DNA from: Chrysomallon squamiferum
Lineage: Eukaryota; Animalia; Mollusca
Length of the DNA: 64,000 nucleotides
Direction of reading: 5' to 3'
Assembly: GCA_012295275.1 (NCBI GenBank)
Contig: CM022671.1
Location: 62,001-126,000 of the forward strand
Part shown: piece by piece, positions 15,085-30,752 of the stretch
Layout: every line of letters begins with the position of its first letter
Position numbering within the stretch: position 1 is the first letter of the stretch
Position numbers and translations under genes: made by a program
Notes under the pieces: model-generated
Seen by the model: only the letters and a program-made list of their open reading frames with translations
Database searches by the model: none
What the model was told of the DNA's origin: nothing

Positions 15085-15885
15085 GAAGAAAAAACTTGCA
15101 CTAAACAGAAGTCGATGGAAACAGGGTAGCTTTAATTTAGAGCATATTATATACATGTTTATTTTTTTCATAGTAATATTTATTTATTTATTTGTTTGTT
15201 TGTTGTTGTTTCTTTGTTTGTTTGTTTATTATTTTTAAGAAATATATCATTACTATAAATAAAAATATATGAATAAAATAATGAATAATAGAATAAATAA
15301 ATAAATAAATACGTTAATTGTAATAATAATAATAATAATAGTAGTAGTAGTAACATTAGTAGTAGTCATTGTTGTAGTATTATTAATAGTAACAGAAGTA
15401 AACATGTGATGGTAGTAGTAGTACTATTCTTCTTATTAACAGTAACAGTATAAATAATACTACATGTGCAATAACAATAATACAAGAAGGAAAAGAAAAA
15501 AATTATAATGAAAAAATATAAAGAAAAAAGTATGTAAGTAAATAAGTAATTAAGTAAGTAAGTAAATAAATAAATAAATAAATAAATAAATATCGAGCTC
15601 TGACATTTCCAAAAATCTATTCAGCAAAAAACGATCGAAAAATGAAAAGAAAAAAGAAAAACATGAAAGAGGAAAAGTTAATATATTGTTATTATTATTA
15701 ATATTTTGGGGGGTTGTTTACAGGCTTTTTTCTTGTTGTTTTTTCAACGCTTTCTGCGGCTTCATTTTTAACTTTTATCTTATAAAATTTCCTTGAATAA
15801 ATAAAAAGTTAAAATAGTTTTTAATATCAAGCAGGGCGACCACTGGAGGCACGCCATGAAACGAACTTATAAGTGTTTGAAAAAA

Positions 15886-16001
<116 letters not shown>

Positions 16002-16023
16002 ATCTATTTGTAATCTAATCAAA

Positions 16024-16053
16024 CACGCGTTCTAACCATTAAGCCACACTGCC
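16024..16053 (-). mobile_element. tRNA-like 5' fragment (probable truncated SINE head)
   Basis: The minus strand GGCAGTGTGGCTTAATGGTTAGAACGCGTG contains a perfect pol III A-box (TGGCTTAATGG). No B-box follows; the sequence runs into a microsatellite. Confidence 0.4.
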
Positions 16054-16826
16054 AATCTCATTCCCACATAAATCATTTAAAGATTATGTCGTTTTCTCAC
16101 AGACATACTGAAAACAAACAGAAAAGAACAAAAAAAAAAAAAAAAACATAACAAAATGAAAACATTAAAGTTTGCATGTTCTGATAAGTTATTAATCTCT
16201 AAATAAATTATTTATTTTCGTGTTGCTCTTTGGAATCACTTCAACCTCACAAGAAAAGAAAATCAATTATTTGTTACTGATGTTACGTCCGTTCTTGTGA
16301 AAACATATTTCATGTTCCTTATCTTTTTTGTTCGGTATATTTCTGCTACGTCTCAATACAATCGTTCTAATTCGCTAAATAACGTTAGGAAACATATCAG
16401 TCGTATGTCATTTCACAACCAAAAATAAGCGATCCCTATCTTTTCCGCTCAGTATAATTCAGATATTCTTGAGTTCGTTGGAGAAGATTACGAAAGCTAT
16501 TAATTACACTCAGTTTCAGAAATGATCCTCATCTTTTTTGATCAGTATAATTCATCTAGCTCTCAATGCAATGCACTCCAATTCGTAGAAGAAGCTATTA
16601 ATCAAAGAAATACTGATTGATTCGTGATCCGTAACTTGATTCTAACAGAACTCAAAAAGATTTTTTTTTTTTTTCTGTCTTTATTAACTCATTATATGTC
16701 CTCGAGCAAACGTAATTAATCAAGGAAATAACCCAAAATAAATTAATTAATTCTGTCCACTTGACGTGCTTTCAGAGTGTCGCCTGCTTTTCAGGTAGCT
16801 TTAGCTGTGTTCATTTATAAATTGCT

Positions 16827-16940
<114 letters not shown>

Positions 16941-17425
16941 TACCTCTCTCTACCTCTGTCGCGAACAAACACACTTATCGTTTATTTATTTATTTATTTT
17001 TTTATTTTTGTTTCACATATGAGAAATGTCGAAAAAACCTATAAGTAGTGGTGCTTTTGTTGTCGCTTCAGAAATTGTACTGAATTATTTATTTATTTTG
17101 AGAATTCCTCAATAATTGTAGATAGCCAATAGAATATCCCGGGAGAAAAGCTAAACTTTGTAGTAAAATATTACTTTGTTTTAGAAACATTCACTCCAAG
17201 AGACTGTCCGTGGTTAGGGAATTATATAGATTTTTTCTTCCTGGCTTTGTTTTCAATTCATTACCATGAAGATCTTTCGTCACGAAGTTAGAAGCATAAT
17301 TCAATACATGAAAATGTAAAAAATTAATAGATGAACAACAGTACCAAAGTTATTAAAATGAAACAATGGTTGAGAAAATGATTAAAACAACAGTTAAAGT
17401 AATTAGAAGAATCAAACACTACTGT

Positions 17426-17463
<38 letters not shown>

Positions 17464-17797
17464 AATAATAATAATAATAATAATAATGAGGAGGAGGAGG
17501 AGGAGGATGACGAAATATCCTCGCAAATAAATGGAAACTTAGTGGAAAATAAACACACACGCCGTCCGAATAAGCCATAAAATACACTATTAGTAATTTT
17601 AATAATAGGAGATTAAATGTATTTTTTCCATTTCTACACGTAACATTATTTTTTTGACAGAGAAACAAGTGGACTGTAAGGTTATAGTATATTGAATTTA
17701 GGATACAGAACGATACAAACTAAATGTCTGTACTTTGAAGAGAAGGTAACTAGGTTTTATATCAGTTAGAGTTATCCACCTTTAATAAAGCTCTTAC

Positions 17798-18871
17798 CTT
17801 CGTGAAATCTCCAAACATGAATCCCTGCTCAAGCCCTACAAACAAGACTAGCGGTATCAGCAGCAGACATTTGGAATCTCTGAACATTTTCAGTGTAGAC
17901 GTAGCAAGTTCACACGAAGTCAGTTCTGACTCTTTTTCTAATTCTTTGTCGCCGACGTGGCTGCGGTCTAGCAGAGCTACAAGAATGACAATCCCCATGA
18001 TTCCGCATCCAATGTAGATGCTGAACAGGAGGTACCGCGTAGAATCTGGAATTGTGAAGTCGTAAGATGTGTAGTCGTCCACGGAATCGTGGACGTGGTC
18101 GTACCAAGAAACAGGGCAATCCCTTGCACCACAGTAACTAAAGTTTAGTCTCGTATCTTCACGCAAAGTCACAGCAGAATGCGTGCTGTTGTTTGAAAAC
18201 ACGAGCGTGGATATTAAGTTACCCCAGATCTGACTGCTTCTGTAGAACCCGCAGAATATTCCCATGTACTTGTTGATGATGTTGTCTGGTTCTTGTATGT
18301 TCATGTGCTGAGAATACGTCAACGCCAACGTTGTCAAGTAGGTGGCCTGAGCACTCCACAAAGGCCCGGCCAGCAGACCTAAACTGACTGCGCATGGAAG
18401 TAAGATCCAGTGAGTGGGGTAGAAATTTGCCGTGAAGTACCCGCTGAAGAGAACAAAGCTGATGACCATCGTCCACTTTGTTGAAATTTTGTTGATCAGC
18501 CACGGCGCCAGCAGACACGACAGTACCGTCGTAGCGTAGATGCAACTCAGTGATACAACACCGACACCACCAGGATGCAGGGTGCTCTGAAGACTCTGTA
18601 AGGAAACGAACGCAGTGAAGATGAACATGAACGCGATGCTGAGAACAAGGACGTTCTTCATGGCTTTCGGTGACGTCATCTCCTGCACACTCCTCATCGT
18701 CTTCGTGTCCTTGGGAAGACTGTGGTAGTTCTGTAGCGTGTACGAGTGTATCGTGCTGTGTCGCCGATTCTTTTTAGCGTCTGACAATACTGACATGGTG
18801 AACGACGACACTGGCTCCGGGTACGGCGTCAGCAACTGCTTCTCTCTCTTCAAAGATGTCAAATTCGACAT
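17798..18871 (-). CDS. UNC-93-like (UNC93A family) MFS membrane protein, first coding exon (358 codons)
   Basis: ORF 17762..18871 has UNC-93 hallmarks: KNVLVLSIAFMFIFTAFVSLQSLQSTL, GPLWSAQATYLT, FYRSSQIWGNLIS, a luminal CGARDCP motif and LLLIPLVLFVGLEQGFMFGDFTK. The ATG has a GCC-ATG context. A donor AAG|GTAAGA follows FTK (GT at 17797-17796, phase 0). Confidence 0.92.
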
Positions 18872-20469
18872 GGCTGCTAAGATATACGTATAAAACTAAA
18901 GAACAACTGCACAAACTAATAAAACACCAAGAAAGAAAATTCTTCGACTTCTTCAGCGGACGAGTTCTCTTTAAAGAATAATCAGCTGAGAATCAATGGA
19001 TTTTTTGAGTTTCTGTTTTCACCATCATTACGTGTTTTATAACAAGAAACCAGAAAGTACTGCGGCTTACGCGGACTTTGCGAGTAACGCGTTTCCCCCA
19101 GCATTTTCTACCTGTTAATTAGCGAGAATCTCGCTACAGACTCTAGCGAGGAAGAAACGCTTTTATTGGTGTTATCCGCGTCCGCCGACTCCCTTTCTTA
19201 AACAGCACTGTAACAACCTTCATGCATTTCTGTCTGCACTGGGATTATCTGTATGTCATAATTATAGCATATGTCTCTGACTTCCGTTAGAAAATCTATA
19301 TAATCTGTATGCGCATACGAAGCAGAAAATACGATTTTTCTCGCTGATTTAGCTAAATTTACTTTCTGCAGTAATTGTCTGCTGGTGGATATTATTAACA
19401 CAGCCAAGAAGTAATAAGAAGGATTTAACTAATTAATGGTATATAATAAACAACACACTCGACTGATGTTCCATAACAACCTGTTTGAAAGCGTAGACTT
19501 CATTCTTTGAAAACATCTGTCCTGTTTTGGGGATGAATTGCTGTTGTCACATTTGTAACACATAATTCCTGTTCTTCCTACTAGTGTTATTGTAATTTCT
19601 TTGCAGAGTTAAAAACCCGTGTAATCTTTGCAGACAAAATGAAGCAGAAAAGTTTCTCTCAGAGCGGCCGCTTCAAACAAGACTCTCTTTCTAAACGAAG
19701 AATGTGGCGCGTGAAAGAAAGAATTTCCAATAATGCTCCCGATACGGGGCTTCTGTAATTGCTGTTATTAAACCACAGTAAATCTTTCTCCCTACCTTTC
19801 TTTTCTTTTATTTAAAAAAATAATAACAAATAAAAGAAGAAAAATTCACGATGCTTCAAGGATGGTTTATGGATTAGTTCTGAAGTTTACGTTTGTATGT
19901 AAATTACACAGATCAAAACATTTATACTCGGGACATTTGTTCCTGCTGATGTAATTACCCCACTTCACATAATCCACGAACACATAAACACAAATCTTCC
20001 ACGCTAAAAGAACTGATAAGCGTTCTCTGCAAGCTATTTCTGGAATAACGTGTTTGCTTTAGCCATGAATGTATACGTGTTCTATTTTTCGTCTTTTTTT
20101 TTTCTTTTTTTTTTCTACACACGACTCGAGTTTGGGACAAGATTTATTTTCTTCTCGTCTGTTCCGTTCAAGAACAACACTGTAAGAACACTGTAAGAAC
20201 ACTGTAAGAACACTGTTCCCGTTGAGAAAAACTTATCAGATAGACGGACCTTGGTAAGCAATCGATACAGGCGATGCTTTCCACTGCTGCAGCGCTGGCG
20301 AACTTCCAGTGAATGAATTGACAAAACAGCCAGCGTATTACACTACAAATATGTTAGTAGAGCGTATCACTGCATTACGCATGCGTGTTTTCAGTTCGCA
20401 ATTGAGATGGATACGTTTGAGAAACGATATTGGCAGGCGTGGTCTAGCGTCTTAAAGTGCAGGATAGGT

Positions 20470-21195
20470 TTCGTATTAATTATTAAGATCCAGTTAATCA
20501 TTAAGATACAGTCAGTTTTAATCATTAAAATACATTCAGGTTTAATCATTAAAATAGATTCAGTTTTAATCATTAAAATAGATTCAGTTTTAATCATTAA
20601 AATACATTCAGTTTTAATCATTAAAATACATTTAGCACTGATTATTAAAATACATTTCCTAATCATAATTCAAATGTCTAACACATGTTTTAAAAGTCGT
20701 TCATAGTAATGATTAAATACCTTTAATTAAAATAGTTTTCATATTTATGATTAAAATGTTTCGTATTCATCATTAAAATCCCTTCCGTATTCTTTATTAG
20801 AGTACGTTTTGTGTTCATCATTAAAATGTTTTGTATTCTGCATTAAAGAACGTTTCCTGTTCATTACTAAAATACGTTTCGTATTCATCATTAATATATT
20901 TATCTGATTCATCATTAAAACATCTCTTTTTCATCAAAGTACTTTTCGTAGTAATTATTAAAATATGTTCGTATTCAGTAATAAAATATATTTTATATTA
21001 ATCATTAAAATACATTTTGTAAGAAATAAAACAAATATCTTTTAAATTTGTAATTATAATACATTTTGTACTAATGATTAACATATGTGTAGTGTTCATT
21101 ATTAAAAAAACATTTCTTATTCATCTTTATTAAAATACGTCACCTACTGACATTTAAAGTATATCTCGTATTCATCATTAAAATACATCTCGTAT
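20470..21195. repeat. Degenerate ~24-bp tandem repeat
   Basis: The core TCATTAAAATAC recurs about every 24 bp. It is clean at 20500-20630 and progressively decayed downstream. Confidence 0.8.
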
Positions 21196-21242
21196 TAACC
21201 GTGATACTTTTCAAAATCATTATTCTTTATTATTATTATTAT

Positions 21243-21274
<32 letters not shown>

Positions 21275-21329
21275 TTTGATGTTTTTTCTTTCTCTTATAA
21301 TTTTATTGTTTATTTATTTTATTTTTTAA

Positions 21330-21393
<64 letters not shown>

Positions 21394-21763
21394 TTTTTTT
21401 TTTTTTTTTTTTTTTTTTTGTTATCATACTTAAGCCATGCAATCAAATAAGATTTGAGACGGAACAGATATTCCCAACGAAAACGAAAATAGCTGATTTA
21501 AATAGCAATCTGATTTCCTTATTATTTTGTTATTCCAATGGGAGAGAAAAAAGTTTTATAAGGCAGATAAAAAATTTCAGACTCGACAACTTGAAGTAAC
21601 ATGATTGTAGGCGGAAGAAAATCTAATAACTGAATCTAATTCAATCAGCAGTTTCCATTTAATTTTTATTTTTTTCATTCCTGTGATGTAGAAAATATTG
21701 AGAGAGAGCGAGTGATATATCTATATCTATATCTATATCTATATATATATCTATATATATATA

Positions 21764-21817
<54 letters not shown>

Positions 21818-22330
21818 GAGAGAGAGAGAGAGAGAATTAAAATGAGAGCTAAGAGCTACATTTAGTGCACAACAAGAACTACAACCAAAATAATCATGCT
21901 GTGATGACGATAAAAAAAAAAAAAAATATAAATAAATAAAATATATAAATGAATAAATGAATGAATAAATAAGTGATTAAATAATTAAATATCTGATTTC
22001 AACAGTCGTAATTAGGAATATTTGTGCAAGACGTGTAGTGTGACCGTGCCCTAAAATATTTACGTAACGTCTCGAATACATGACCTTTATGAACTCTGCA
22101 TTGGCTCCAGATGACAACTGAAAATGTCAAGATATCCACTAGCAACTGAACAACCACTGCTTCAGTTTGCAAGAAATGAAATGCGATCAGAACAACAAAT
22201 CTACACATTGTTTAATCAAGTAAACGGTATTTGAATGTCACAAATTGGCTAATTTTGTTCTCAAGGAACTGGCTAGAAATGAACTTTTTGTTGTACACAT
22301 TCTTAAATATGTAATTTTCTAAATACGTGA

Positions 22331-23380
22331 CTAGAACATAGAAAATAAGTATTTGTCACTGTCCAACTTTTACTAGAACATAGATAAATAAGTATTTGTC
22401 ACTGACCAGCTTTCACTAGAACATAAATAAATAAGTTAGTCACTGTCCAACTTTCACTAGGACATAGATAAATAAGTATTTGTCACTGACCAGCTTTCAC
22501 TAGAACATAGATAAATAAGTATTTGTCACTGTCCAGATTTCACTAGAACATAGATAAATAAGTATTTGTCACTGTCCAGCTTTCACTAGAATATAAATAA
22601 ATAAGTATTTGTCACTGTCCAGCTTTCACTAGAACATATATAAATAAGTATTTGTCACTGACCAGATTTCACTAGAACATAGATAAATAAGTATTTGTCA
22701 CTGTCCAGATTTCACTAGAATATAAATAAATATAAATTTTAAAACATATATAAATAAGTATTTGTCACTGTCCAGCTTTCACTAGAACATAAATAAATAA
22801 GTATTTGTCACTGTCCAGATTTCACTAGAACATATATAAATAAGTATTTGTCACTGTCCAGCTTTCACTAGAACATAGCTAAATAAGTATTTGTCACTGT
22901 CCAGCTTTCACTAGAACATAGCTAAATAAGTATTTGTCACTGTCCAGCTTTCACTAGAACATAGATAAATAAGTATTTGTCACTGTCCAGATTTCACTAG
23001 AACATAGCTAAATAAGTATTTGTCACTGTCCAGCTTTCACTAGAACATAGATAAATAAGTATTTGTCACTGTCCAGATTTCACTAGAACATAGCTAAATA
23101 AGTCACTGTCCAGAAACATAGATAAATAAGTATTTGTCACTGTCCAGCTTTCACTAGAACATAGATAAATAAGTATTTGTCACTGTCCAGCTTTCACTAG
23201 AACATAGATAAATAAGTATTTGTCACTGTCCAGATTTCACTAGAATATAAATAAATAAGTATTTGTCACTGTCCAGCTTTCACTAGAATATAAATAAATA
23301 AGTATTTGTCACTGTCCAGCTTTCACTGATGTCCCCCATAAATAAATCTATTTGTCACTGTCCAACTTTCACTAGAACAT
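22331..23380. repeat. 43-bp minisatellite, about 24 copies
   Basis: Unit CTAGAACATAGATAAATAAGTATTTGTCACTGTCCAGCTTTCA, with a few garbled units near 22735, 23105 and 23335. Confidence 0.96.
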
Positions 23381-23446
23381 CTTTGTCTCTACCTTTTACT
23401 CATTCTGTCTCTCCCCTTCTCTCTGTAACTTTCGTTCCATTCCTTC

Positions 23447-23569
<123 letters not shown>

Positions 23570-24390
23570 ATATTTGTTGAAAAACATACAAATACATTTT
23601 ATGTGTGTATTTTCGTGCATGTATTCCTGTGTCTCTGATTCCACATTTACTACAAAAATAACTAAAACATGCAACAAAAGCAGGTGTTCACAAACACGTT
23701 GTAGCACATTATTTTCTTGTCTTCCTTGTGACAACGTAGAAATTGGTCAAACCTTTTATCGTGCTTGTATATTATCGATTTCTTTGTTGTTTTTACAAGA
23801 TTAAACATCAGGCTTTTATGAGCTGTAATAAATACCGAACATCAAATACGTGCAATCAAATCTGTTTAGTCAGTCCTTATAATTGATATGTGTGATGGTG
23901 TGCACGTGTCAGAATCTTCCTCTGTATGCATCATACAGTGGTATATTTGTACTTTCTTATGTTAGTAGCGGTGTATAATTATATCTGTGTATGTGTGTGT
24001 TCGTGTATATGCACTAGTGTATGTTTGTGTGTGTAGGTGTGTTTGTATATATCTTTGTGTGTATGTATGTTTGTGTGTGAGTGTATTTATTTTGTGTGTG
24101 GTCGTGTGTGTGTATGTGTGTTCTCCCACGTATAAATAATAATGTATGTAAATATGCGAGTAAAGATTACGGTTACGTGTATCATACAAATATAAGTAAT
24201 TAACAAGTGAGTCTTTATAAACTTTTTTATAATTTTATTGTGAATTACTAGCAGCTATATGCATGTGTGTGACTATCAGAAGAACAACATAAATAACTGA
24301 AAGTCAGGATAGAAAGACGAGAAGAAAAATAATAAATATAACACATACATACACAGACAGATATACAGATATAGATATATTATTATGCGG

Positions 24391-24490
<100 letters not shown>

Positions 24491-24940
24491 ATCTATTTGT
24501 TTTGATATGTTCTGGTATATCTCTTTATTTTCTTTCTTATTCTGCAACACTATCACTAATCTCACAAACTAAACATTATTTGTCTGCTTTCAATTTTGTA
24601 TCGTCACGAAAAGTCCAGAAAGAAACAAACTGTAAGCGGTAATTTAATAAAGGAGTGATGCTTAAAATGAAAACAAATTGTAGCAATAGACTGTTCTATT
24701 TTCGTGCACAACCAATAGTCGTAAAATTTGATACAACTGCATTTACAAGGTTCCTTATTATCGCTTTGTATGGATTCACCGCCGAATTTAGAATTCACAA
24801 AGGAGGCTAAATAACTGACATTATCTGTTAGATTTTATGTCCATAAAAGATTAATGGGTTGTTGTTTGTAGAGAAATTTCGTTCACAAAATGATTTAGTG
24901 ACTTGGAACATTACACCCACAGACACACATATGCAGTCAC

Positions 24941-24976
<36 letters not shown>

Positions 24977-25711
24977 CAAATCCGTTCACACATGGACACA
25001 CACACACATACACATAAGTATACATATATACATATACATATAAACATACATATACTCTCACACAAATAGGTATACACACAAAAAAAATGACATGCATCAT
25101 TTGTATTCTAACAAATCGGTTATTTTTCATTAGTTATTGACTTCCCCCAAAATGTTCCGATATTCAATATTTGTAAATGCGTGTCCTTATCAGTGCTGTA
25201 TCTAAAATGAGGCATGTAATGCACGTGCTAGTGCGCCACTTGAAGGGGATGGGAGAGGCTCGAGCAGTTTCTGTTAAACCTGACAAGTATTTTTAAACTG
25301 AATGTTTCTGAAAGATGGGTTTGTGTACAAGGGCGCATTTCAGTGCTCGCTGTGTTCTGGTATTTATACAGCCCCTGGGACTGCTTATCATTCTGTTCAT
25401 CTATCGATCGCCAGACATAAATACTGAGTATCAGAATAACAAACATATATTATCAAAAGATACAGAGAAAGACTGACGTACGGAGAGATCGACAGACGTA
25501 CAGTGGGAGAAGTACTAAATGATCAGTGAGTCTCTTTAATGTGCAACACATCTATCAAAAGTGAAAAGTAAATCAATAGCTGTTCAAATATCTTTATTAT
25601 TCTTTATTTAACTATTTATTTTCAGTCATAACATTTACAACAATTCATAACGTATATTGAAGTGTGTGTGTGTGTGTGTATGTGTGTGTGTAAACGTTGG
25701 TTTCTTACGCT

Positions 25712-25824
<113 letters not shown>

Positions 25825-26365
25825 TATTAAGAAAATCTTATTAAATATATTTACGTTCTTTTTCATCATTTCGTCCTAGTTCGTTTACCTTTGTTAATGG
25901 GCTAGAAGTAATTGCACTAATTTACCTGAGAAAGTTTTCGTGTTGAGAAAAATAGTAAATGTCCTAACAAAACGAAGAAAAAGCCCGTTTGAAGAGAACA
26001 CTGCAGCCAAAGACTGTTTACTTGCAGCGCTTCTGAGAACGCCGCAGACCAATTGTTTAAAGCAATTTCCTGGCTTCTCTGCAATCGTATTAGCATTTGC
26101 CATTCCAGTTGCGCACAGTAAACATAGGTTTGCTCGCAGTACGTTGCCTAATCGATCATCAGCTGCCACGACGAGTACAACGTCGTGATGAGGAAAGTGT
26201 TTCTGACCGAGACAACAACGTGTAGACCGAGACAACAACGTGTAGACTGCGGTGTACATGAAGAGATGTGAATAGTGTTAGTTGCTTGTTAGTGATGTAT
26301 GTCGGCGATATTGCATATTTGTATTAATTACAAACAGACAGACAGACAGACAGACACAGAGAGAC

Positions 26366-26516
<151 letters not shown>

Positions 26517-26598
26517 CACGAAAAAGAAAAAAAAAAAAAAAATAAAGAGCTACAGACAAATACAAGACAGACAGACAAATAGATACCTACACAGATAA

Positions 26599-26630
<32 letters not shown>

Positions 26631-28197
26631 AAAATAGAGAAAGAAAGAGCTAAATGAAAATGAAAAGAAAAACATTAAAACGAGTTTGGTGGTAATTAGA
26701 GCACTGAACCAAACCGTGATCAAATCCCTAAGTGTTCTTTAGTGCCCCATCTCCTTCTAACACTCGCCTCGTGTATCACTGACCTTAGCAGGAATTTTCT
26801 ATCTGTGGAGCTGCTGGAGCTACAAGACTGTGTTTCACTGCACTTTCCTAATTATATTACTCCAGAAATTGGAAAGAACAATTTCAGAAAAAACAAATAA
26901 CAATAAAATAATAATACAAAACGAAAACAAACAACAACAACAACAACAATGTGCTTGACAGATAACAATCACTAGCATTAAAATATGATGAGATATCGTT
27001 AAACAGATTTTCTTCTTTTATCAATTCGTTCAGGAAGAGTAAACATCAATAATATTATAATACAGACTATGCTGAAGCATGAAAAAGAAAAAAATGTTTT
27101 AAACCAAACACCGCTGCATCTTTCACACAATTGATCTGAACATAAAAACACATGTAAGGATTTTGAAAAGATTATTACTGGTAATCACGAAATAGCATAA
27201 CTCGAAATAAACATACAAACACCGCAGTGCTGACGTTACAACGACGCAAACTGAGGCGCCGCGTGCAGAGATCGAACGCGCTGCAGATGACGTACATAAT
27301 TTATACCGCTTTAATGTGACTTTTTTTGTTGTTGTTTTTCAATCAACAATTCTCTGTGTAAAGCAAGACGTCTATTTAAAACATGAACAAACGCCAAGCT
27401 TGGCTTATTAAATACAATAATAATGACTTATTAACTAGCAAAGACTCACAATCATCAAGTTTCTGCTTTATTTATTTAAACTGAATTGTATTACTCGGTT
27501 GGTAGATTTGTACGTGTGTATGTCTGTATATATCTGCATATATGTCTATATATGTGTACATAAATCTATATATGTATGTTTGTTGTCTGTATGTTTTTGT
27601 TTATGTGTGTGTCTACATATGTACGTATGATATGTACGTTTGTGTATATGTATGTCAGTCTGTATGTATGTATATGTCTGTGTATGTGTCTGTTTATCTG
27701 TAAGTATATTTTACATCTATGCACTTATGTGTGCATAGTATAATTACATGTATTATCATGAACAGTGAATGAAACCTTCAACCACTTATACGTAAAGTAA
27801 TGAGCCAGTGCTAACGAACCATATTTACCGAGACCGGTCATCAATGAATGAGGTGAAAGGCTGGGAATTTGCCGGGCGCGGATTTCGCGGGACGACCACA
27901 AAAGCAGACGACAATTGTGAAAACACGAAATCCGTGTTACATCGATTTCAATTACAGACTGATTTTGTCCATCAGTGAAACTTCTACACCAGTTCGCCGA
28001 AGGTGAAAAATAAACTTAGCACTGTTTGCTTTTGGGACAACGTTCATTGAAACTGAAATGACGTCTGACACTTGGGTTTCGATTTCTTAGTAAACACCAT
28101 TTATAGGAAATCGATTTACAAAACTATATGCATTTACTTTTGCGATAGATGTTTTTCCATGAAGGATTAAGTAGAAATTCTGCGATGATTTCTGTAG

Positions 28198-28244
<47 letters not shown>

Positions 28245-28309
28245 AAGAAAGCATGAAAAGGATATTTATGTAGCACTAGTATTATAACATCGAAGGGATA
28301 AAATCCAAA

Positions 28310-28395
<86 letters not shown>

Positions 28396-29265
28396 TAAAC
28401 ATGCATTTAGAAACAAGTGACAAGTGAACAATGTTTTCAATCAGAAAAATATTTCTTAAATCAATATATAATTTTTTTAAATTCTATCATCAATATTTTT
28501 ATTTCTTGGTTGTTGTTGTTTTTTTTGTTTTTTTGTTTTTTTTTTTTCTTACTAGACCTTTCATCTGTCAAAAATATCACAGCTGCTGGCAACTAATTTT
28601 CCTTTCATCATGAAAGCTTTAATGAAGAAAACTTTTAAATGCTTTTCAGTGTTAGCATCCAAGTCGTGATGTCAACACAATTACTTTGACCTTGACAATA
28701 AAAGAAAAATGACAGTGATGTAGGTAACAGTCAATTTTCTTTCACTGTAAACCGATCCTCATTAAAGTCGCTTACAACGTCTGTAATTACATATTCCACA
28801 GAACAGAATTTTAATTATGGATCGTCTAATGTCGTTTTATTTATTACTGAAGGTTAGTCGCTCTGCGCTATAATAAATCGTGTCTTGTTAGTAGAAATCG
28901 TCTGCCGTTACCGAAGGTATGTTTACAAAGAATAACTCGTACTAACGACCTTTGTGTAATGGTAGTCAGTGAACAAGCCTGTAGTATATTATAGAATAAC
29001 AGAGACAGTGACGTAGAAAGAAAATGAAAGAAGATATAATAATAGTAATAATAACAGTTATCATCATCATTACCATTATTGTTATTATGAAAATAAACAA
29101 CAACAAAAAAAAACCCACCAAAAAACAGCAATAAATAAATAAATAAATACTCATTTATACATATATTATTTATAACTTTTTGTCAGTGTAAGCTTCTCGC
29201 TGTGTGTATTATTGTAATTAAGAGTCATAATAATTAAGATAATTCCATAAACTACTAGTATAAAA

Positions 29266-29315
<50 letters not shown>

Positions 29316-29757
29316 CGAATGAACGACACAATATGTAGATCAGTAATTAAATCCTGCACACTCATCTTGTCGCTTTAAGTATATTGCAAATATTCCCGAT
29401 ATGCCGTTCGATAAGCCTTTGAGCGTAATAATATTCTCTTATTATTTCTTCTTGAATTTTAAGTAATAAAAATATAAAGTATTCTAAATAAAACTAACCA
29501 AACTAAGATATTTATATATATTGTAGTCACGTATTTAGAAAAGTACATATTTAAGAATGTGTGCAACAACAATTTCATTTTGGTGGTGATTATGGGTTAC
29601 ATATTTTCTTAGAATTGATCAACATCTATCACTATACAATCCAAACTTAGTTCTGATGTCTCGTTCTCGTGCCCTTGGGTTAATCAGAGGCGATTTGTTT
29701 TCTTAAACCTTAAATGTTCCGGACTAAAGAAACTGCAGGCTTGTTAGTTTGTGAAAA

Positions 29758-29830
29758 AGTGCGTAGCTCTGCAGTTAGAGCGATAACCTGTGCTTGGTGG
29801 TTTGAGGAGTCGATCCTCCACACTACGCGA
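29758..29830 (+). mobile_element. Degenerate tRNA-like sequence (SINE head or tRNA pseudogene)
   Basis: A-box-like GTAGCTCTGCAGTTAGAGCG and a T-arm/B-box-like GAGGAGTCGATCCTC occur at tRNA-like spacing. There is no clean cloverleaf. Confidence 0.4.
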
Positions 29831-30510
29831 CAAGAGATTTTTTCAAAGACGATAATATTCGCTGTCATTTAATTTGTAAACGAGTATATAAAATATATAT
29901 TGTTGTTAAACGAAAAGTAGACCAGAGAGTTGCGCATTTCATTTTACAAATCATTTAATAATCAGTAACATATATTAAGGTAACGATAAACAAATATTCA
30001 TTATATCGGCCTCAGACTGATTTCTGTTGAGAAAAGAAATTTCTAGGATTTCTGAGAAAATCAGTCTACTTACGTTTAACTCAGTGACTCTTATCTCGAG
30101 CTGTGACAGCCGGCCTCAGCTGAATCGTTATCTAGAATTATCTAAAATAATCTCAGTCAAAGGTTCTTAATCTTTTGTCTTTGAATCTTGAATCGTTGTG
30201 AGAATACAGAAGAAATATCAGAATCACTCGTGTTCACAAAAACTTAAATAAACACAACTTTGGAAAAAAAGGAAAGAAAAATGTAATAAATTTTATTGCA
30301 AGAAGAACGATTTCTTTTATATATAAAAATAATAAGAATTTTTAACAAAACAATGAATTTCATTATCATCATCATCAATAACAAGAATAAAAAAATAAAA
30401 AAAAAGAAAGAATGAAATAGAGAAATATATAATCATTGAAATGATAAAAACAAACATAAACAAACACGCAAACTACAACAACAATAACAAAAACAGTAAT
30501 AATAATAGTT

Positions 30511-30543
<33 letters not shown>

Positions 30544-30676
30544 ATAGTAATAGTAATAGTAGTGGTAGTAGTAGTAATAATAATAACAATAACAGTAATA
30601 ATCATAACAATAATAAAATTTGCAAAGGTTCCGTACTATAGCATAATCTTAACCAGATCAAATTTGCCAACTCGTT

Positions 30677-30752
30677 CATTTTAAATATCTCTGAATTTCT
30701 ACATTTTAAATATCTCTGAATTTCTACATTTTAAATATCTCTGAATTTCTAC
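30677..30752. repeat. 25-bp tandem repeat, 3 copies
   Basis: CATTTTAAATATCTCTGAATTTCTA at 30677, 30702 and 30727. Confidence 0.9.

Noticed and set aside
25894-26259. 121-aa and 82-aa ORFs in a GC-richer patch
   Set aside because: There is no recognisable motif or convincing splice context. It may be regulatory or non-coding but cannot be supported as a CDS.
29758-29830. Functional tRNA gene
   Set aside because: The boxes are degenerate and the acceptor and anticodon stems do not pair. It is kept only as a SINE-like relic.
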